DNA of 64,000 nucleotides from Eubacteriales bacterium (GCA_035449045.1 DAOTKC010000003.1:15343-79342); one strand, 5' to 3'; counted from the first letter of the stretch, positions 40,244 through 50,039 are shown. Notes: generated by a model from the sequence alone, not told the origin. Numbers and translations are program-made.

Positions 40244-40262
40244 TAGTTTAAAGAGGTGTGAT

Positions 40263-41243
40263 GTGAAAAAATTTTTATTGACTTTAGTCTGCTTTATCGT
40301 TGTCGCGGCGACGCTCATTGGCCTTGCCGCCTGCAACAGAGGTTATAACGATTCCGAAAAAGGCATAAACCCCGATGAACCTTCCTATGACGAGAGCGGC
40401 AGCACCTCGGATGTGCCCGGCGTCAGCGAGCGAAAAATCGTCTATACCGCTCATCTTACCATTTCGACCGACGACCTTGAGGACGCCATCGAAAAAATCA
40501 ATGCCTTAACGCAAGATGGCGAATGGTTCGACAGCGAATCAATCGGTGAGGAGAGCGCCGTGCTCGTTTTCAGAGTCAAGTCCGACCGCATCGACGCTTA
40601 TTTGGAGGCTCTCAAAACTTGCGGCAAAGTCTATCACCTCGTTAAGAACGCCGAGGACGTCTCTCTCCACTATTATAATTTAGAGTCGCGCATCGAATCG
40701 CTGGAGGCCGAATATGACACCCTTGACGCTCTGCTTGCCTCCGCCGACGACACCGACGAAATTGCCGACATTTTGGCAATCAGAAAGCGCATGACCGAAA
40801 TCGATGTCGAGCTTCGCGCCATTCGGAACGCCATTAACGTCTATGATAGTCAAATCGAAAACAGCATTGTCACCATCACCGTCATCCAAAACTATCAGCC
40901 CGAAACGCCGCCGCCCTTCGGACAAAGAATAGCCAAACTCTTTAAAGACGCATGGAAAGCGCTCGTCGTTTTCTTCAAATGGATAGTGATGGCGATAACG
41001 GCGACCTTCCCCTTCCTCTTGGTCTTCGGAGCCCTCGGCGTCGGTGTGTTCTTTATCGTTCGCGCGGCGCGGATTAAAAACGGCACTTGGCGTTATCCCT
41101 TCCGCCGCAAGAAGAAAGCAAAGGCTACCGATGCCGCAACAAAAATCGAGCCCGCTCAAGAAGCGCCGTCCGAAGAGGTTTTCGATGCGCCGAGCGAGGA
41201 AGTTGCGCCGGGCGGCGACGATACGCCGAGCGGGGATGCTTAA
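40263..41243 (+). CDS. DUF4349-like lipoprotein with a coiled-coil and C-terminal TM segments
   Basis: GTG start after AAGAGG and downstream of the predicted promoter; the track start at 40212 lies upstream of the -35. Signal peptide and lipobox (LIGLAAC). DUF4349-like core (YTAHLTISTDDLEDAI...LESRIESLEAEYDTL...). Confidence 0.7.
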   Translation: MKKFLLTLVCFIVVAATLIGLAACNRGYNDSEKGINPDEPSYDESGSTSDVPGVSERKIVYTAHLTISTDDLEDAIEKINALTQDGEWFDSESIGEESAVLVFRVKSDRIDAYLEALKTCGKVYHLVKNAEDVSLHYYNLESRIESLEAEYDTLDALLASADDTDEIADILAIRKRMTEIDVELRAIRNAINVYDSQIENSIVTITVIQNYQPETPPPFGQRIAKLFKDAWKALVVFFKWIVMAITATFPFLLVFGALGVGVFFIVRAARIKNGTWRYPFRRKKKAKATDAATKIEPAQEAPSEEVFDAPSEEVAPGGDDTPSGDA

Positions 41244-41282
41244 AAAACCCGAAGAATAATATTATTACAATTCAGTAATGAT

Positions 41283-41316
41283 AAACCGCCATTCGGCTAT
41301 CGAATGGCGGTTTTTA
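41283..41316 (+). terminator. intrinsic terminator
   Basis: CCGCCATTCG-gctat-CGAATGGCGG-TTTTT. Confidence 0.85.
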
Positions 41317-41397
41317 TGCTGCATTTCTTAATAACTTGTGAAGGGCGTTTGGTAATAAATATGATTTTTTATTATTAGCGCTAATAAGTTAAAAAAA

Positions 41398-41757
41398 TTA
41401 CCGTTTTTGAAAGGCATTTTCGATGTGGTTAATTTGGCCGTCCAAAATCTCTATGACGTCGAAGCGGATGTCGCGGCCGGCAGCGCGGCGGCAGGATATA
41501 TAGCTTTGGGCGATTTTTATGTAGCCCTGCTGTTTAGATATCCCAACAGCTTCGGCGGGTAAACCGAAGGCGGCGCTCGCTCGTGATTTAATTTCGCAAA
41601 AGACTATGACTCCGTCCTTTTCGGCAATGATGTCCGCCTCGCCGAAAACCGTCTTGAAGTTGGTCTCCAAAATTTTGTAGCCGCAAGACTCAAGATATTT
41701 TTTGGCGGCCGCCTCCCCCATTCCGCCCTTGGCGCGCGTGTTCTCAGCCATTTTCAA
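41398..41757 (-). CDS. YraN-family (UPF0102) endonuclease-like protein
   Basis: 119 aa with the PD-(D/E)XK-like motif GEADIIA...VFCEIKSR. Conserved position after rnhB. Confidence 0.85.
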   Translation of the reverse strand: MKMAENTRAKGGMGEAAAKKYLESCGYKILETNFKTVFGEADIIAEKDGVIVFCEIKSRASAAFGLPAEAVGISKQQGYIKIAQSYISCRRAAGRDIRFDVIEILDGQINHIENAFQKR

Positions 41758-42364
41758 GCAGCAACTTTTTCAAAAAAGTCAAGCGGTGGATTTCGGAGGC
41801 GCCAACGCGCTTTATGGCGTCTAAGTGCGTCTTGGTGCCGTAGCCTTTGTTGTTTTTAAAGTCGTATTCGGGATAGATTTCGTCATATTTCCTCATCAAC
41901 CTGTCGCGAAGGACTTTGGCGATTATGCTCGCAGCTCCTATGGTGTAGGAAAGCCCGTCGCCGCCTATTATGGGAATGCAACGAATGCCTACGTTAAGGT
42001 TAATTGCGTCCGACAAAATGACGTCGGGTTTTATCTTTAAATTGCAGATTGCGGCGTTCATGCACCGCTTTGTGGCCTCTAAAATATTGATTTTGTCAAT
42101 AACTCGATTATCTAGCGACTCGGTGCTGACTGCTACGGCGTGCGATAAAATCAACTCAAACAGCTCCTCGCGCTTGTTTTCGCTAAGCTTTTTACTGTCG
42201 TCCACGCCCTCGATTACGTCATCCAGCCGCATGATTATCGCGGTGCAGGTAACGGGTCCGGCAAGCGGGCCTCTGCCCACCTCGTCGATACCGCATATGT
42301 ATTTGGCACCTTCCGCCATGCATTTAAGCTCGAAGGCGAGTTTGTCGGTCTTTGACGCTATCAT
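41744..42364 (-). CDS. rnhB: ribonuclease HII
   Basis: Motif GIDEVGRGPLAGPV and DSK. Confidence 0.94.
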   Translation of the reverse strand: MIASKTDKLAFELKCMAEGAKYICGIDEVGRGPLAGPVTCTAIIMRLDDVIEGVDDSKKLSENKREELFELILSHAVAVSTESLDNRVIDKINILEATKRCMNAAICNLKIKPDVILSDAINLNVGIRCIPIIGGDGLSYTIGAASIIAKVLRDRLMRKYDEIYPEYDFKNNKGYGTKTHLDAIKRVGASEIHRLTFLKKLLLENG

Positions 42365-43194
42365 GGTTTTTCGAGCATGATCTTGCCCGTTCTCCCTTTT
42401 CTGAAATCGTCGAGCACCGCTTTCGCGGCGCGGTCAATGTCCGCCGCTCCACCTTTTTTTATAAATCCGCGAAGCGCGGCGATATCTTCGAGAATTAGAT
42501 GCGGCGGTTTTGAAATATCTACCGCATAGCGGCTTAAAAATTCCCCGGGCGCAATTGAAATGAGCTTTTTTATTAGCTCACAGGCAAGCTCGGCGGTGTC
42601 AAGAATGTCGTCGCGTATGCTTCCGATAAACGCAAGGTCAAGCGCGTGCTCGGCGTTGTCAAAAGACGCCCAAAGCGTGCCCGGCGTGTCTAAAAGCTCA
42701 ATATTTTTGTCGACGCCTACCCATTGGCGGCCGCGCGTGACGCCGGGACGGTCGCCCGTCGCCGTTTTCTTTTTGCCGCAAAGGCTGTTGATGAGCGTCG
42801 ATTTTCCCGAGTTGGGAACTCCCACCACCATGGCGCGAATGGTTTTGTCAACACCTTTAGCGGCGTATTTTTCCACCTTATCCGACATCGCCTCGGAGAG
42901 AGCGGCGATAACACCGGTAGTGTCGCCCGAGGCGCTGTTGACGGCGGCAAAATATTTCCCTTCCGCCTTGAATTTTTTTTGCCAAAGCTCGAGGTCGCCG
43001 CGGTTTACAAGGTCGCACTTGTTTAAGACATAGATTGGCCGACGCCTTTCAATCAGCGGTTCGAACTTGGGATTCATCGATGCCTCAATCGCGCGGCTGT
43101 CCAGAACGTAGAGAACGGCGTCGACAAGCTTGACGCTTTCGCGCATCTCTCTGACGGCTTTCGCCATATGTCCCGGATACCATTGAATCAACAT
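42361..43194 (-). CDS. rbgA: ribosome biogenesis GTPase A (YlqF/RbgA)
   Basis: Circularly permuted GTPase: NKCDL precedes GVPNSGKSTLIN. N-terminus is MLIQWYPGHMAKA. Confidence 0.94.
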   Translation of the reverse strand: MLIQWYPGHMAKAVREMRESVKLVDAVLYVLDSRAIEASMNPKFEPLIERRRPIYVLNKCDLVNRGDLELWQKKFKAEGKYFAAVNSASGDTTGVIAALSEAMSDKVEKYAAKGVDKTIRAMVVGVPNSGKSTLINSLCGKKKTATGDRPGVTRGRQWVGVDKNIELLDTPGTLWASFDNAEHALDLAFIGSIRDDILDTAELACELIKKLISIAPGEFLSRYAVDISKPPHLILEDIAALRGFIKKGGAADIDRAAKAVLDDFRKGRTGKIMLEKP

Positions 43195-43310
43195 TTTTCC
43201 GCTCTCAAGCCCTAAATAACCTTAGGCCAAACGACTTCTATAGAATTTACAAAAAAAGAAACCTACTACAAATTTTTTCAACTTCTTTCTATTGTAAAAC
43301 TTTTTTTGAA

Positions 43311-43988
43311 CTACTCTTTTTTTTCTATAAGGTCAGGGCGCCTTTTTTTCGTCAGCTCTTCCGACTGACGGCGGCGCCACTCCTCGATGAGTTTATGATT
43401 GCCTGAAATAAGGACGTCGGGCACCGCAATCCCTTGCCAAATCTGGGGGCGGGTGTAGTGTGGATATTCCAAAAGGCCGGCCGAAAAGCTCTCCTCCACC
43501 ACCGACTCGCCGCTTCCCAAAACGCCTTCGATATAGCGAGAAACAGCGTTGATGAGAACGAGCGCGGGAAGCTCGCCGCTAGTCAGCACATAGTCGCCGA
43601 CGGAAATTTCCTCGTCGATTTCGCGGTCTAAAACACGCTGGTCTACGCCCTCGTAGCTACCGCAAAGAAGCACCAGCCCGCTCTCACGGGAAAGCTCCTT
43701 AACCATGTCCTGATTGAGTGTTTTGCCCTTGGGCGAAAGGTAGATTCGTTTGAAGTTGTGTTCAATATCGGCAAAGTCAATGGCGCGCGAGATGGGGTCG
43801 GGCATCATCACCATGCCTGCGCCGCCGCCGAAGGGATAGTCGTCGCACTTCTTGTGCTTATCGAGCGTGTGGTCGCGGATATTTATAACCTCAACCGAAA
43901 ATTTTTCTTCCCCAAGCGCCTTACCCAAAATGCCGACGTTGAGAATTTCGAAAATTTCGGGAAAAAGCGTCAAAACTTTGAAAATCAT
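43311..43988 (-). CDS. trmD: tRNA (guanine37-N1)-methyltransferase
   Basis: TrmD SPOUT motifs (LTLFPEIF, YPFGGGAGMVM, GRYEGVDQR-like). Confidence 0.96.
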   Translation of the reverse strand: MIFKVLTLFPEIFEILNVGILGKALGEEKFSVEVINIRDHTLDKHKKCDDYPFGGGAGMVMMPDPISRAIDFADIEHNFKRIYLSPKGKTLNQDMVKELSRESGLVLLCGSYEGVDQRVLDREIDEEISVGDYVLTSGELPALVLINAVSRYIEGVLGSGESVVEESFSAGLLEYPHYTRPQIWQGIAVPDVLISGNHKLIEEWRRRQSEELTKKRRPDLIEKKE

Positions 43989-44524
43989 CAGTAGCCCTCT
44001 CCGTTCTCTTTCACGGCGATTTTGGCGAATTCTTCGCCGTTCAGCCTAATCTCGCCGCGCTCGACGTCGATATTTTCAATGACTTTTTCCAAAAAGGGAA
44101 ACATCACTGCTTCTCCGCCGCATTCGGCGACGATTATGTCGGACGCGCCGTAGTTTAAGATTTCCTTCACGGTTCCCAACCGCTTTTCGCCTTCAAAAAC
44201 GACGGCGCCGATAAGGTCGGCAATGAAATACTCGCCCTCCGAAAGGGGCACGGCGTCGGCTCGCTCTACTTCGACAAACTTGCCTTTGAGCGTCTCGGCG
44301 GCGTTTCTGTCGTCAATGCCCGAAAGTTTTATGACGATTTCGCCCCTCTGCGGCCGCGCGTATCCGACCTTAAAGGGTTTGCCGCCGACAAAGGCATTTT
44401 TCAGCGCGTTAAAGCGCGAAACATCGTCGGTCAAAGGGAAAACCTTGACCTCGCCCTTGATGCCCTGCGCCTTGACAATTTTTCCGATTTTTATAAACTT
44501 TTCCAAATTTTTTAACCTTGGCAA
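43988..44524 (-). CDS. rimM: 16S rRNA processing protein RimM
   Basis: IGKIVKAQGIKGEVKV N-terminal motif and a PRC barrel. The true start is possibly the TTG six codons downstream of the track start, which is also a TTG. Confidence 0.9.
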   Translation of the reverse strand: MPRLKNLEKFIKIGKIVKAQGIKGEVKVFPLTDDVSRFNALKNAFVGGKPFKVGYARPQRGEIVIKLSGIDDRNAAETLKGKFVEVERADAVPLSEGEYFIADLIGAVVFEGEKRLGTVKEILNYGASDIIVAECGGEAVMFPFLEKVIENIDVERGEIRLNGEEFAKIAVKENGEGY

Positions 44525-44614
44525 AGCCGAAAAATCTACCGACTAACGCGCAAGCGGTTCATTAAAAATGCAAGCATTTTGAGCCCGCTTGCGGCAATCT
44601 TTGCAAAATCCGCC

Positions 44615-44854
44615 TCAGTCCATCTCCTGAATGACGACATTATAGCGGCGGGTATCCTCTTTGGCGCCCGCGGCCTTGACGATGGCGCGGATGGCCTTGG
44701 CGATTCTGCCCTGCTTTCCTATGATTTTGCCGATAACTTTTTTCTCGCAGGTGACGGTGATGTCGACCTCGCTGCCTTTTTCAATCAAGGCGACGCTGTG
44801 TTGGCCTTCGCTGCCTACCAGCTTATCGACGATAAACTCAACAAGTTCAAGCAT
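44615..44854 (-). CDS. KH-domain RNA-binding protein (YlqC family)
   Basis: 79 aa with the KH GxxG loop (IGKIIGKQGRIAKAIR). Sits between rpsP and rimM. Confidence 0.9.
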   Translation of the reverse strand: MLELVEFIVDKLVGSEGQHSVALIEKGSEVDITVTCEKKVIGKIIGKQGRIAKAIRAIVKAAGAKEDTRRYNVVIQEMD

Positions 44855-44862
44855 TTTTCACC

Positions 44863-45102
44863 TCAAATGATGTTGTTCTTTTTGAAAAGACCGCGGACGG
44901 TATCGGTCAGTTGAGCACCGTTGCTAATCCATTTCTTGGCAAGCTCAACGTCGATGTTGACAACGGCGGGCTCTTTGGTGGGGTCGTAGAAGCCGACCTG
45001 CTCGATGTAGCGACCGTCCCTTGCCGTCCTGGAATCGGTGGCTACTATGCGGTAGCTGGGAGCCTTCTTCGCGCCGATTCTCGTCAATCTGATTTTAACC
45101 AT
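44863..45102 (-). CDS. rpsP: 30S ribosomal protein S16
   Basis: [20 protein letters not shown]... Strong GGAGG RBS. Confidence 0.97.
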   Translation of the reverse strand: MVKIRLTRIGAKKAPSYRIVATDSRTARDGRYIEQVGFYDPTKEPAVVNIDVELAKKWISNGAQLTDTVRGLFKKNNII

Positions 45103-45260
45103 ATTTGTGCCTCCTATGTTTTATAAAAATATTTTTTATTTGTTTGCGAATTGTTTATAGTTTAGATGTGGATTATCCTTGAAGATTGATTCGATGTTTT
45201 TTTGTTTTGTTGTGAATTATCATTCAAAGATAATGCGCTTTGTTGACCACTCTTAGAAGC

Positions 45261-46592
45261 TTAGAACGGGAATCCGCCCCTCTTGCCGAGCCCGCCGCCC
45301 TTGGCCATGCGCGCCATCATTTCCTTGGCCGCCTCAAACTGCTTTAAAAGCTGGTTGACTTCCTGAATGGATGTTCCGCTGCCCAGCGCTATCCTTTTTT
45401 TATGGCCGGATTTAATGATTTCGGGCTTTTGCCGCTCGCGCTTGGTCATCGATTGAATGATTGCCTTGGTGCGCTTGATTTGGTTTTCGTCGATGTCGGC
45501 GTCGGCGCCCTTGAGTTTGGCACCCATGCCGGGAATCATGCCCAGCATGTCCTTTATGTTGCCCATCTTTTTAATGCTTTCGATTTGCGAGAGATAGTCC
45601 TCGAGCGTGAAGCTGTTTTCGCGCATCCGCTTCAACTGCTTTTCGGCTTCCTCGGCCGAAATCGTCTGCTCGGCTTTCTCGATGAGCGTAAGGACGTCGC
45701 CCATGCCCAAAATTCTCGACGCCATGCGGTCGGGATGAAACTCCGAAACGTCCTCGATTTTCTCGCCCGTCCCTATAAATTTGATGGGCTTGCCCGTCAC
45801 CGCCTTAACGGAGAGCGCGGCGCCGCCGCGAGTATCGCCGTCCAGCTTTGTTACGACGACGCCCGTCACCTCGACAGCCTTATTGAAGGTGTCGGCAACG
45901 TTGACGGCGTCTTGGCCGGTCATGGCGTCGATGACGAGCAGAATTTCGGAAGGTTTGACGGCGGCGCGGATATCCTTTAACTCCGCCATCAGCTTATCGT
46001 CGATATGAAGCCGACCCGCAGTGTCGACAATTAGGATATCCATTCCCTTGCTCGCCGCCTCGCGCACCGCGGCTTTGGCAATCTTGACGGGGTCGCCTTG
46101 GCCTTCCGAATAGACCGGCGCCTTGACTTTTTCGCCCAAAATCTGAAGCTGTTTTATTGCCGCCGGACGGTAGACGTCGCATGCCGCCAGCATAACGTTT
46201 TTGCCCTGCTTTTTCAGCATATAAGCGAGTTTGCCGCACATCGTCGTTTTGCCCGAGCCCTGCAACCCGCACATCAGAACCACGGTGGGCGGATTTGGCG
46301 CGGCGGCAAGCTTGGAAACCTTGCTTCCGAGAAGGGCAATGAGCTCCTCGTGAACAATTTTAATGACTTGCTGGGCGGGCGAAAGGCTCTTTAAAACCTC
46401 TTCGCCGAGCGCTTTGTCGCTGACTCTTTGAATGAAGTCCTTGACAACGGTAAAGTTGACGTCGGCCTCGAGAAGCGCAATTCTAATTTCGCGCATAGCC
46501 TGCTTTATTTCAAGCTCGGTAAGCTTGCTCTTGTCGCGGATTTTGGAAAATATATGATTAATTCGGTCGCTTAAATTATCAAACAGCGCCAT
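45261..46592 (-). CDS. ffh: signal recognition particle protein Ffh
   Basis: NG domain (GLQGSGKTT, DTAGRL, TKLDG) and a Met-rich M domain. ATG at 46592 after GGAGGAGG; the track begins 14 codons upstream. Confidence 0.96.
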   Translation of the reverse strand: MALFDNLSDRINHIFSKIRDKSKLTELEIKQAMREIRIALLEADVNFTVVKDFIQRVSDKALGEEVLKSLSPAQQVIKIVHEELIALLGSKVSKLAAAPNPPTVVLMCGLQGSGKTTMCGKLAYMLKKQGKNVMLAACDVYRPAAIKQLQILGEKVKAPVYSEGQGDPVKIAKAAVREAASKGMDILIVDTAGRLHIDDKLMAELKDIRAAVKPSEILLVIDAMTGQDAVNVADTFNKAVEVTGVVVTKLDGDTRGGAALSVKAVTGKPIKFIGTGEKIEDVSEFHPDRMASRILGMGDVLTLIEKAEQTISAEEAEKQLKRMRENSFTLEDYLSQIESIKKMGNIKDMLGMIPGMGAKLKGADADIDENQIKRTKAIIQSMTKRERQKPEIIKSGHKKRIALGSGTSIQEVNQLLKQFEAAKEMMARMAKGGGLGKRGGFPF

Positions 46593-46923
46593 ATTCCTCC
46601 TCCTTTCCGAATAATTCGGCGGCGATATTGTCAAAGTATGCGTTCTTTTCGCCCTCGGATGCGGCCTTGCCGCGCTCTATCAGACTAAGGACCATTTCCT
46701 GTGATTTTATAAGCCCCAGCTTGCTCTCGTAGTCCTTTAACTGCCTCTCGCCTCTGACAATGGCGTCGCGCGCCGCCTGCCTGGAGATATTAAAAATTTC
46801 GGCAATTTCAAAGAGCGAAATATCCTTGTTGTAGTAAAGGTCAATAAGCTCCGCCTGATGCGGCGTCAGCAACTTGCCGTAAACGTCGATGAGCTTGCCC
46901 ATTTCCAATGTTTTTTCCAGCAT
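46579..46923 (-). CDS. ylxM: YlxM/UPF0122 putative HTH protein of the SRP operon
   Basis: Sigma-70 region-4-like HTH (LYYNKDISLFEIAEIFNISRQAARD). Immediately upstream of ffh and overlapping it. Confidence 0.88.
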   Translation of the reverse strand: MLEKTLEMGKLIDVYGKLLTPHQAELIDLYYNKDISLFEIAEIFNISRQAARDAIVRGERQLKDYESKLGLIKSQEMVLSLIERGKAASEGEKNAYFDNIAAELFGKEEEYGAV

Positions 46924-46962
46924 AAGGCCTCGCTGTAAAGGTTTTCGCCTTTACACCATGTG

Positions 46963-46991
46963 ATAATAAACTTATTTTTTTGAAAAGTCAA
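46963..46991 (-). promoter_or_regulatory. sigma-A promoter for ylxM-ffh
   Basis: Minus strand reads TTGACT, a 17-nt spacer, then TATTAT, about 40 nt upstream of the ylxM ATG. Confidence 0.5.
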
Positions 46992-47082
46992 CGAAATTTG
47001 CCAAATAGAAAGAAGTAAATGTGTCAGGCTGTTTTCGGGTATGTTTAGGAAATAATTTTAGAATAATGGGTAAAAAAAGCGA

Positions 47083-48312
47083 CTAATGCTTAAAGGGTAA
47101 AAAATCATCCTCGGCGGCTAGCTTATGGCCGATTATGACGTCGTTACCTAAAGTGATGCCGCGGCGGAGGGCGCTGTAGCCGTATTTGGAGCGGATTTTG
47201 TCGGCGGCGCGCTCGAGGCGGCTCTCTTTATCCCTCTTTTCGTCGAAGAAGCTTATTTGCGAGCTGTCCTCGGGCGTCAGCTTGATGGCCGTCACCGTGA
47301 CTGCGCGGAGGGGGCATTTGGCGAATGAGTGATTTTCTTTTAAAAGGCATAGCGCGCCCTCGGCGAGATCGGTGGCGTTGGATGTCGAATAATCAAAGGC
47401 AAGCTGACGTGATATGCCCTCAAAATCGGGATATTTTATATTGAGGGAGACGCCGTTCGCCTCCATATTACAGCTTCGAAGGCGCATGGCGACCTGCTCC
47501 GAAAGCGCGTAGATGACAGCAGCGGCGTCCTCGTAGCTCGCCATGTCCTGCGCCGTTGTCGTGCCGTTGCCCACGCTCTTGGGAGCCCGCTCGAAAAACG
47601 CCGAATTGACCTCTTCGGTTTCGATGCCGTTGGCATTGTCATGCATACCTTGAGCTATTTTGCCGAAGCTCCTTTTGAGCGCCTCGACGTCGGCGGCGGC
47701 AAGGTCGCCGATTGTGTGAATGCCCATTAGATTTAAGACCTTGGCGGTCTTTTTGCCTATCATCATCATTTCCGACACTTCGAGCGGCCAGACGACCGAC
47801 TTAAAGTTTTCGGGTGATATCTCCGTCGTGGCGTCGGGCTTTTTGAGGTCGCTCCCCAGTTTGGCGAAAATTTTGGTGAAGGACACGCCTACCGACACCG
47901 TGAGGCCGGTTTCGATTTTAACCCGTTCTCTGATTTCGTCGGCAATTTCTTTGCCCGTTCCCAAAAGCGGAAGAGATTCGGTGACGTCGAGCCAGCATTC
48001 GTCGATTCCGAAGGGCTCTACGCGGTCGGTATATCGCTTGTAGATTTCAAACACCTGCCCGCTGTGCTTGACGTATTCGGCGTAATGGGGCGGCACCAGA
48101 ACTAAATCGGGGCATTTTTGCTGCGCCTGCCAAATCGCCTCGCCCGTAATGACGCCCGCCTTTTTTGCAAGCTGATTTTTGGCGAGCACGATGCCGTGCC
48201 GCTTTTTAGGGTCGCCGCAGACGGCGAGAGGGCGGCCGTAAAACTCGGGATGGAACTTCATCTCGACCGAAGCGTAAAAATTATTCAAATCGCAGTGCAG
48301 TATCGTTCTCAT
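47083..48312 (-). CDS. dinB: DNA polymerase IV (Y-family)
   Basis: N-terminal HCDLNNFYASVE, palm motifs (SIDEC-like IDECWLD) and a little-finger domain. Confidence 0.93.
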   Translation of the reverse strand: MRTILHCDLNNFYASVEMKFHPEFYGRPLAVCGDPKKRHGIVLAKNQLAKKAGVITGEAIWQAQQKCPDLVLVPPHYAEYVKHSGQVFEIYKRYTDRVEPFGIDECWLDVTESLPLLGTGKEIADEIRERVKIETGLTVSVGVSFTKIFAKLGSDLKKPDATTEISPENFKSVVWPLEVSEMMMIGKKTAKVLNLMGIHTIGDLAAADVEALKRSFGKIAQGMHDNANGIETEEVNSAFFERAPKSVGNGTTTAQDMASYEDAAAVIYALSEQVAMRLRSCNMEANGVSLNIKYPDFEGISRQLAFDYSTSNATDLAEGALCLLKENHSFAKCPLRAVTVTAIKLTPEDSSQISFFDEKRDKESRLERAADKIRSKYGYSALRRGITLGNDVIIGHKLAAEDDFLPFKH

Positions 48313-48492
48313 ATGCCCATTTTAATTTTACCCGATTAGGAAGCTAATATCAAATTTTTTTTATGTCTTTAATATCAAACAGTCCTCATCTTGCCCCGCG
48401 CAAACTTTTCGGCGCCCTGTTAAGGCTTAAATTTAATAACTCGGATTGCATTTTTGACGCCGCTAATATATAATGATAAGCGAGGTGTGATT

Positions 48493-49356
48493 ATGGACGT
48501 CAAAAAAGCGTTTATCCCCGCCGCAGGCTTCGGCACAAGATTTTTGCCGCAAACCAAGGCGATGCCCAAGGAGCTCCTGCCGATTGTCGACACTCCCGCG
48601 CTCCAATATATCGTGGACGAGGCGATAAACAGCGGCATAACCGATATTTTAATACTTCTCTCGCCCCAAAAAAAGGCCATCATCGACTATTTTTCAAGAA
48701 ATTTCGAGCTTGAGGAGCAGTTGAAGAAGAGTTCCAACTGGCCTGCGCTTTCCCGCCTTCAATCCTCGGTAAATAAGGCCGATATCCGCTTCGCATTTCA
48801 AGACACTATGCTCGGCACCGGCTACGCCATTAACTACGCCGCGGCATGGTCGGCGGGCGAACCCTTCGCCGTGCTGTTCGGCGACGACGTCTTTAAAAGC
48901 ACCGAACCGGTCACTAAACAACTTATCCGCGCCTTTTCGATAACCGGCACGCCGATTTTGGGCGTCCAGAAGGTCGCAGAGCCAATTGCGAGGCGTTGCG
49001 GCGTCATCGAGCCCGGCAAGATTAAAGGCAACATTATCGAGGTTAAAAGCATCATCGAAAAGCCCGAGGGCGAGCTCCCCTCGCCTTACGCCAGCTTGGG
49101 CAGGTTTATCGTCACTCCCGAGATTTTCGACGCCGTGAAGCGGACCAAGCCGGCAAAGAACGGCGAAATCAATTTAACCGACGCTCTTTCGCTGCTTGCG
49201 CGCGAAACGGGAGTTTATGCATGCGAATTCGAGGGAAGAAGATACGATATCGGCGACAAACTCGGTTTTATCATCGCCAACATCGAATTCGGCCTTTCCC
49301 ATCCCGACACAAAATCGGAGCTCATAGACTATCTTTCCGACTTGAAAAAAAATTAA
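48493..49356 (+). CDS. galU: UTP--glucose-1-phosphate uridylyltransferase
   Basis: AFIPAAGFGTRFLPQTKAMPKELLPIVD. ATG at 48493 after GAGG; the track begins 13 codons earlier. Confidence 0.94.
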   Translation: MDVKKAFIPAAGFGTRFLPQTKAMPKELLPIVDTPALQYIVDEAINSGITDILILLSPQKKAIIDYFSRNFELEEQLKKSSNWPALSRLQSSVNKADIRFAFQDTMLGTGYAINYAAAWSAGEPFAVLFGDDVFKSTEPVTKQLIRAFSITGTPILGVQKVAEPIARRCGVIEPGKIKGNIIEVKSIIEKPEGELPSPYASLGRFIVTPEIFDAVKRTKPAKNGEINLTDALSLLARETGVYACEFEGRRYDIGDKLGFIIANIEFGLSHPDTKSELIDYLSDLKKN

Positions 49357-49381
49357 AAAACCCGCTTGTTCATTGCACATT

Positions 49382-49411
49382 AAAAACACCCTCTTGCGAG
49401 GGCGTTTTTTA
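49382..49411. terminator. intrinsic terminator between convergent galU and the Gx transporter gene
   Basis: AAAAACACCCTC-ttgc-GAGGGCGTTTTTT. Confidence 0.75.
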
Positions 49412-49499
49412 ATTTTCCGTTTAAAACGTTTGGCACTAGGTTTGCAGATTTTGAGCTTATAAAAACTAATTATTTGGGTGCGGATTGAAACTGAAACTG

Positions 49500-50039
49500 C
49501 TAAGCTTTATAGACTAAAGCTTTCATGGGAATGTATTTTATGGTAAAGAACAGCGCCGTGCCCGTCGCCAAGCCCGCCGCGGCGCCGGCGAGAAGAAGAT
49601 AGGGGAAATAAATAAACACGCCCGGCCCGATGATTGCCGCGGCGACGGCGAGTTGCGTCAGGTTGTGCAAGATTCCGCCCGCCGCCGAAAGAGCGGGAAT
49701 GCCGAAAAATTTGGTTTTGTATAAAAGGATTATCGCGGTGTAGCTTACCGCAGCCGCGGGAAGCGAATACATCAGCATACCGATGTTTCCCGAAAACAAC
49801 GCAGCGAGCACGCACTTTAAGACGAGCACGACCAAGCCCTGCTTTACGTCGGCAATAATGAACACGCCGAAGACGACGATATTGGAAAGCCCGATTTTGG
49901 CATAAGGCAGCACCGGCACAATAGGCGGAAGCATATTTTCAAGCAACGATAAAATAAGCGCGAATGCCAAAAACACGGCGAGGCGGGCTATCTCTCTTAA
50001 GTTTATTTTTTTATCAGTCTTTTTGCTTTTTTCTTCCAT
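49500..50039 (-). CDS. Gx transporter family membrane protein (heptaprenyl diphosphate synthase component I-like, PF07456-like)
   Basis: 179 aa, 5 TM helices, with the family-typical N-terminus (REIARLAVFLAFALILSLLENMLPP). Confidence 0.75.
   Translation of the reverse strand: MEEKSKKTDKKINLREIARLAVFLAFALILSLLENMLPPIVPVLPYAKIGLSNIVVFGVFIIADVKQGLVVLVLKCVLAALFSGNIGMLMYSLPAAAVSYTAIILLYKTKFFGIPALSAAGGILHNLTQLAVAAAIIGPGVFIYFPYLLLAGAAAGLATGTALFFTIKYIPMKALVYKA

Noticed and set aside
40212-40262. Upstream TTG and ATG starts for the DUF4349 gene
   Set aside because: They lie upstream of, or within, the best promoter (TTGAAT-17-TATAAT at 40215-40243). The GTG at 40263 has an AAGAGG RBS and begins a proper lipoprotein signal peptide.
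48313-48492. LexA/DinR SOS box upstream of dinB
   Set aside because: No CGAAC-N4-GTTCG-like palindrome is present in the dinB-galU divergent spacer. None is visible upstream of recN either, which is operonic with argR.
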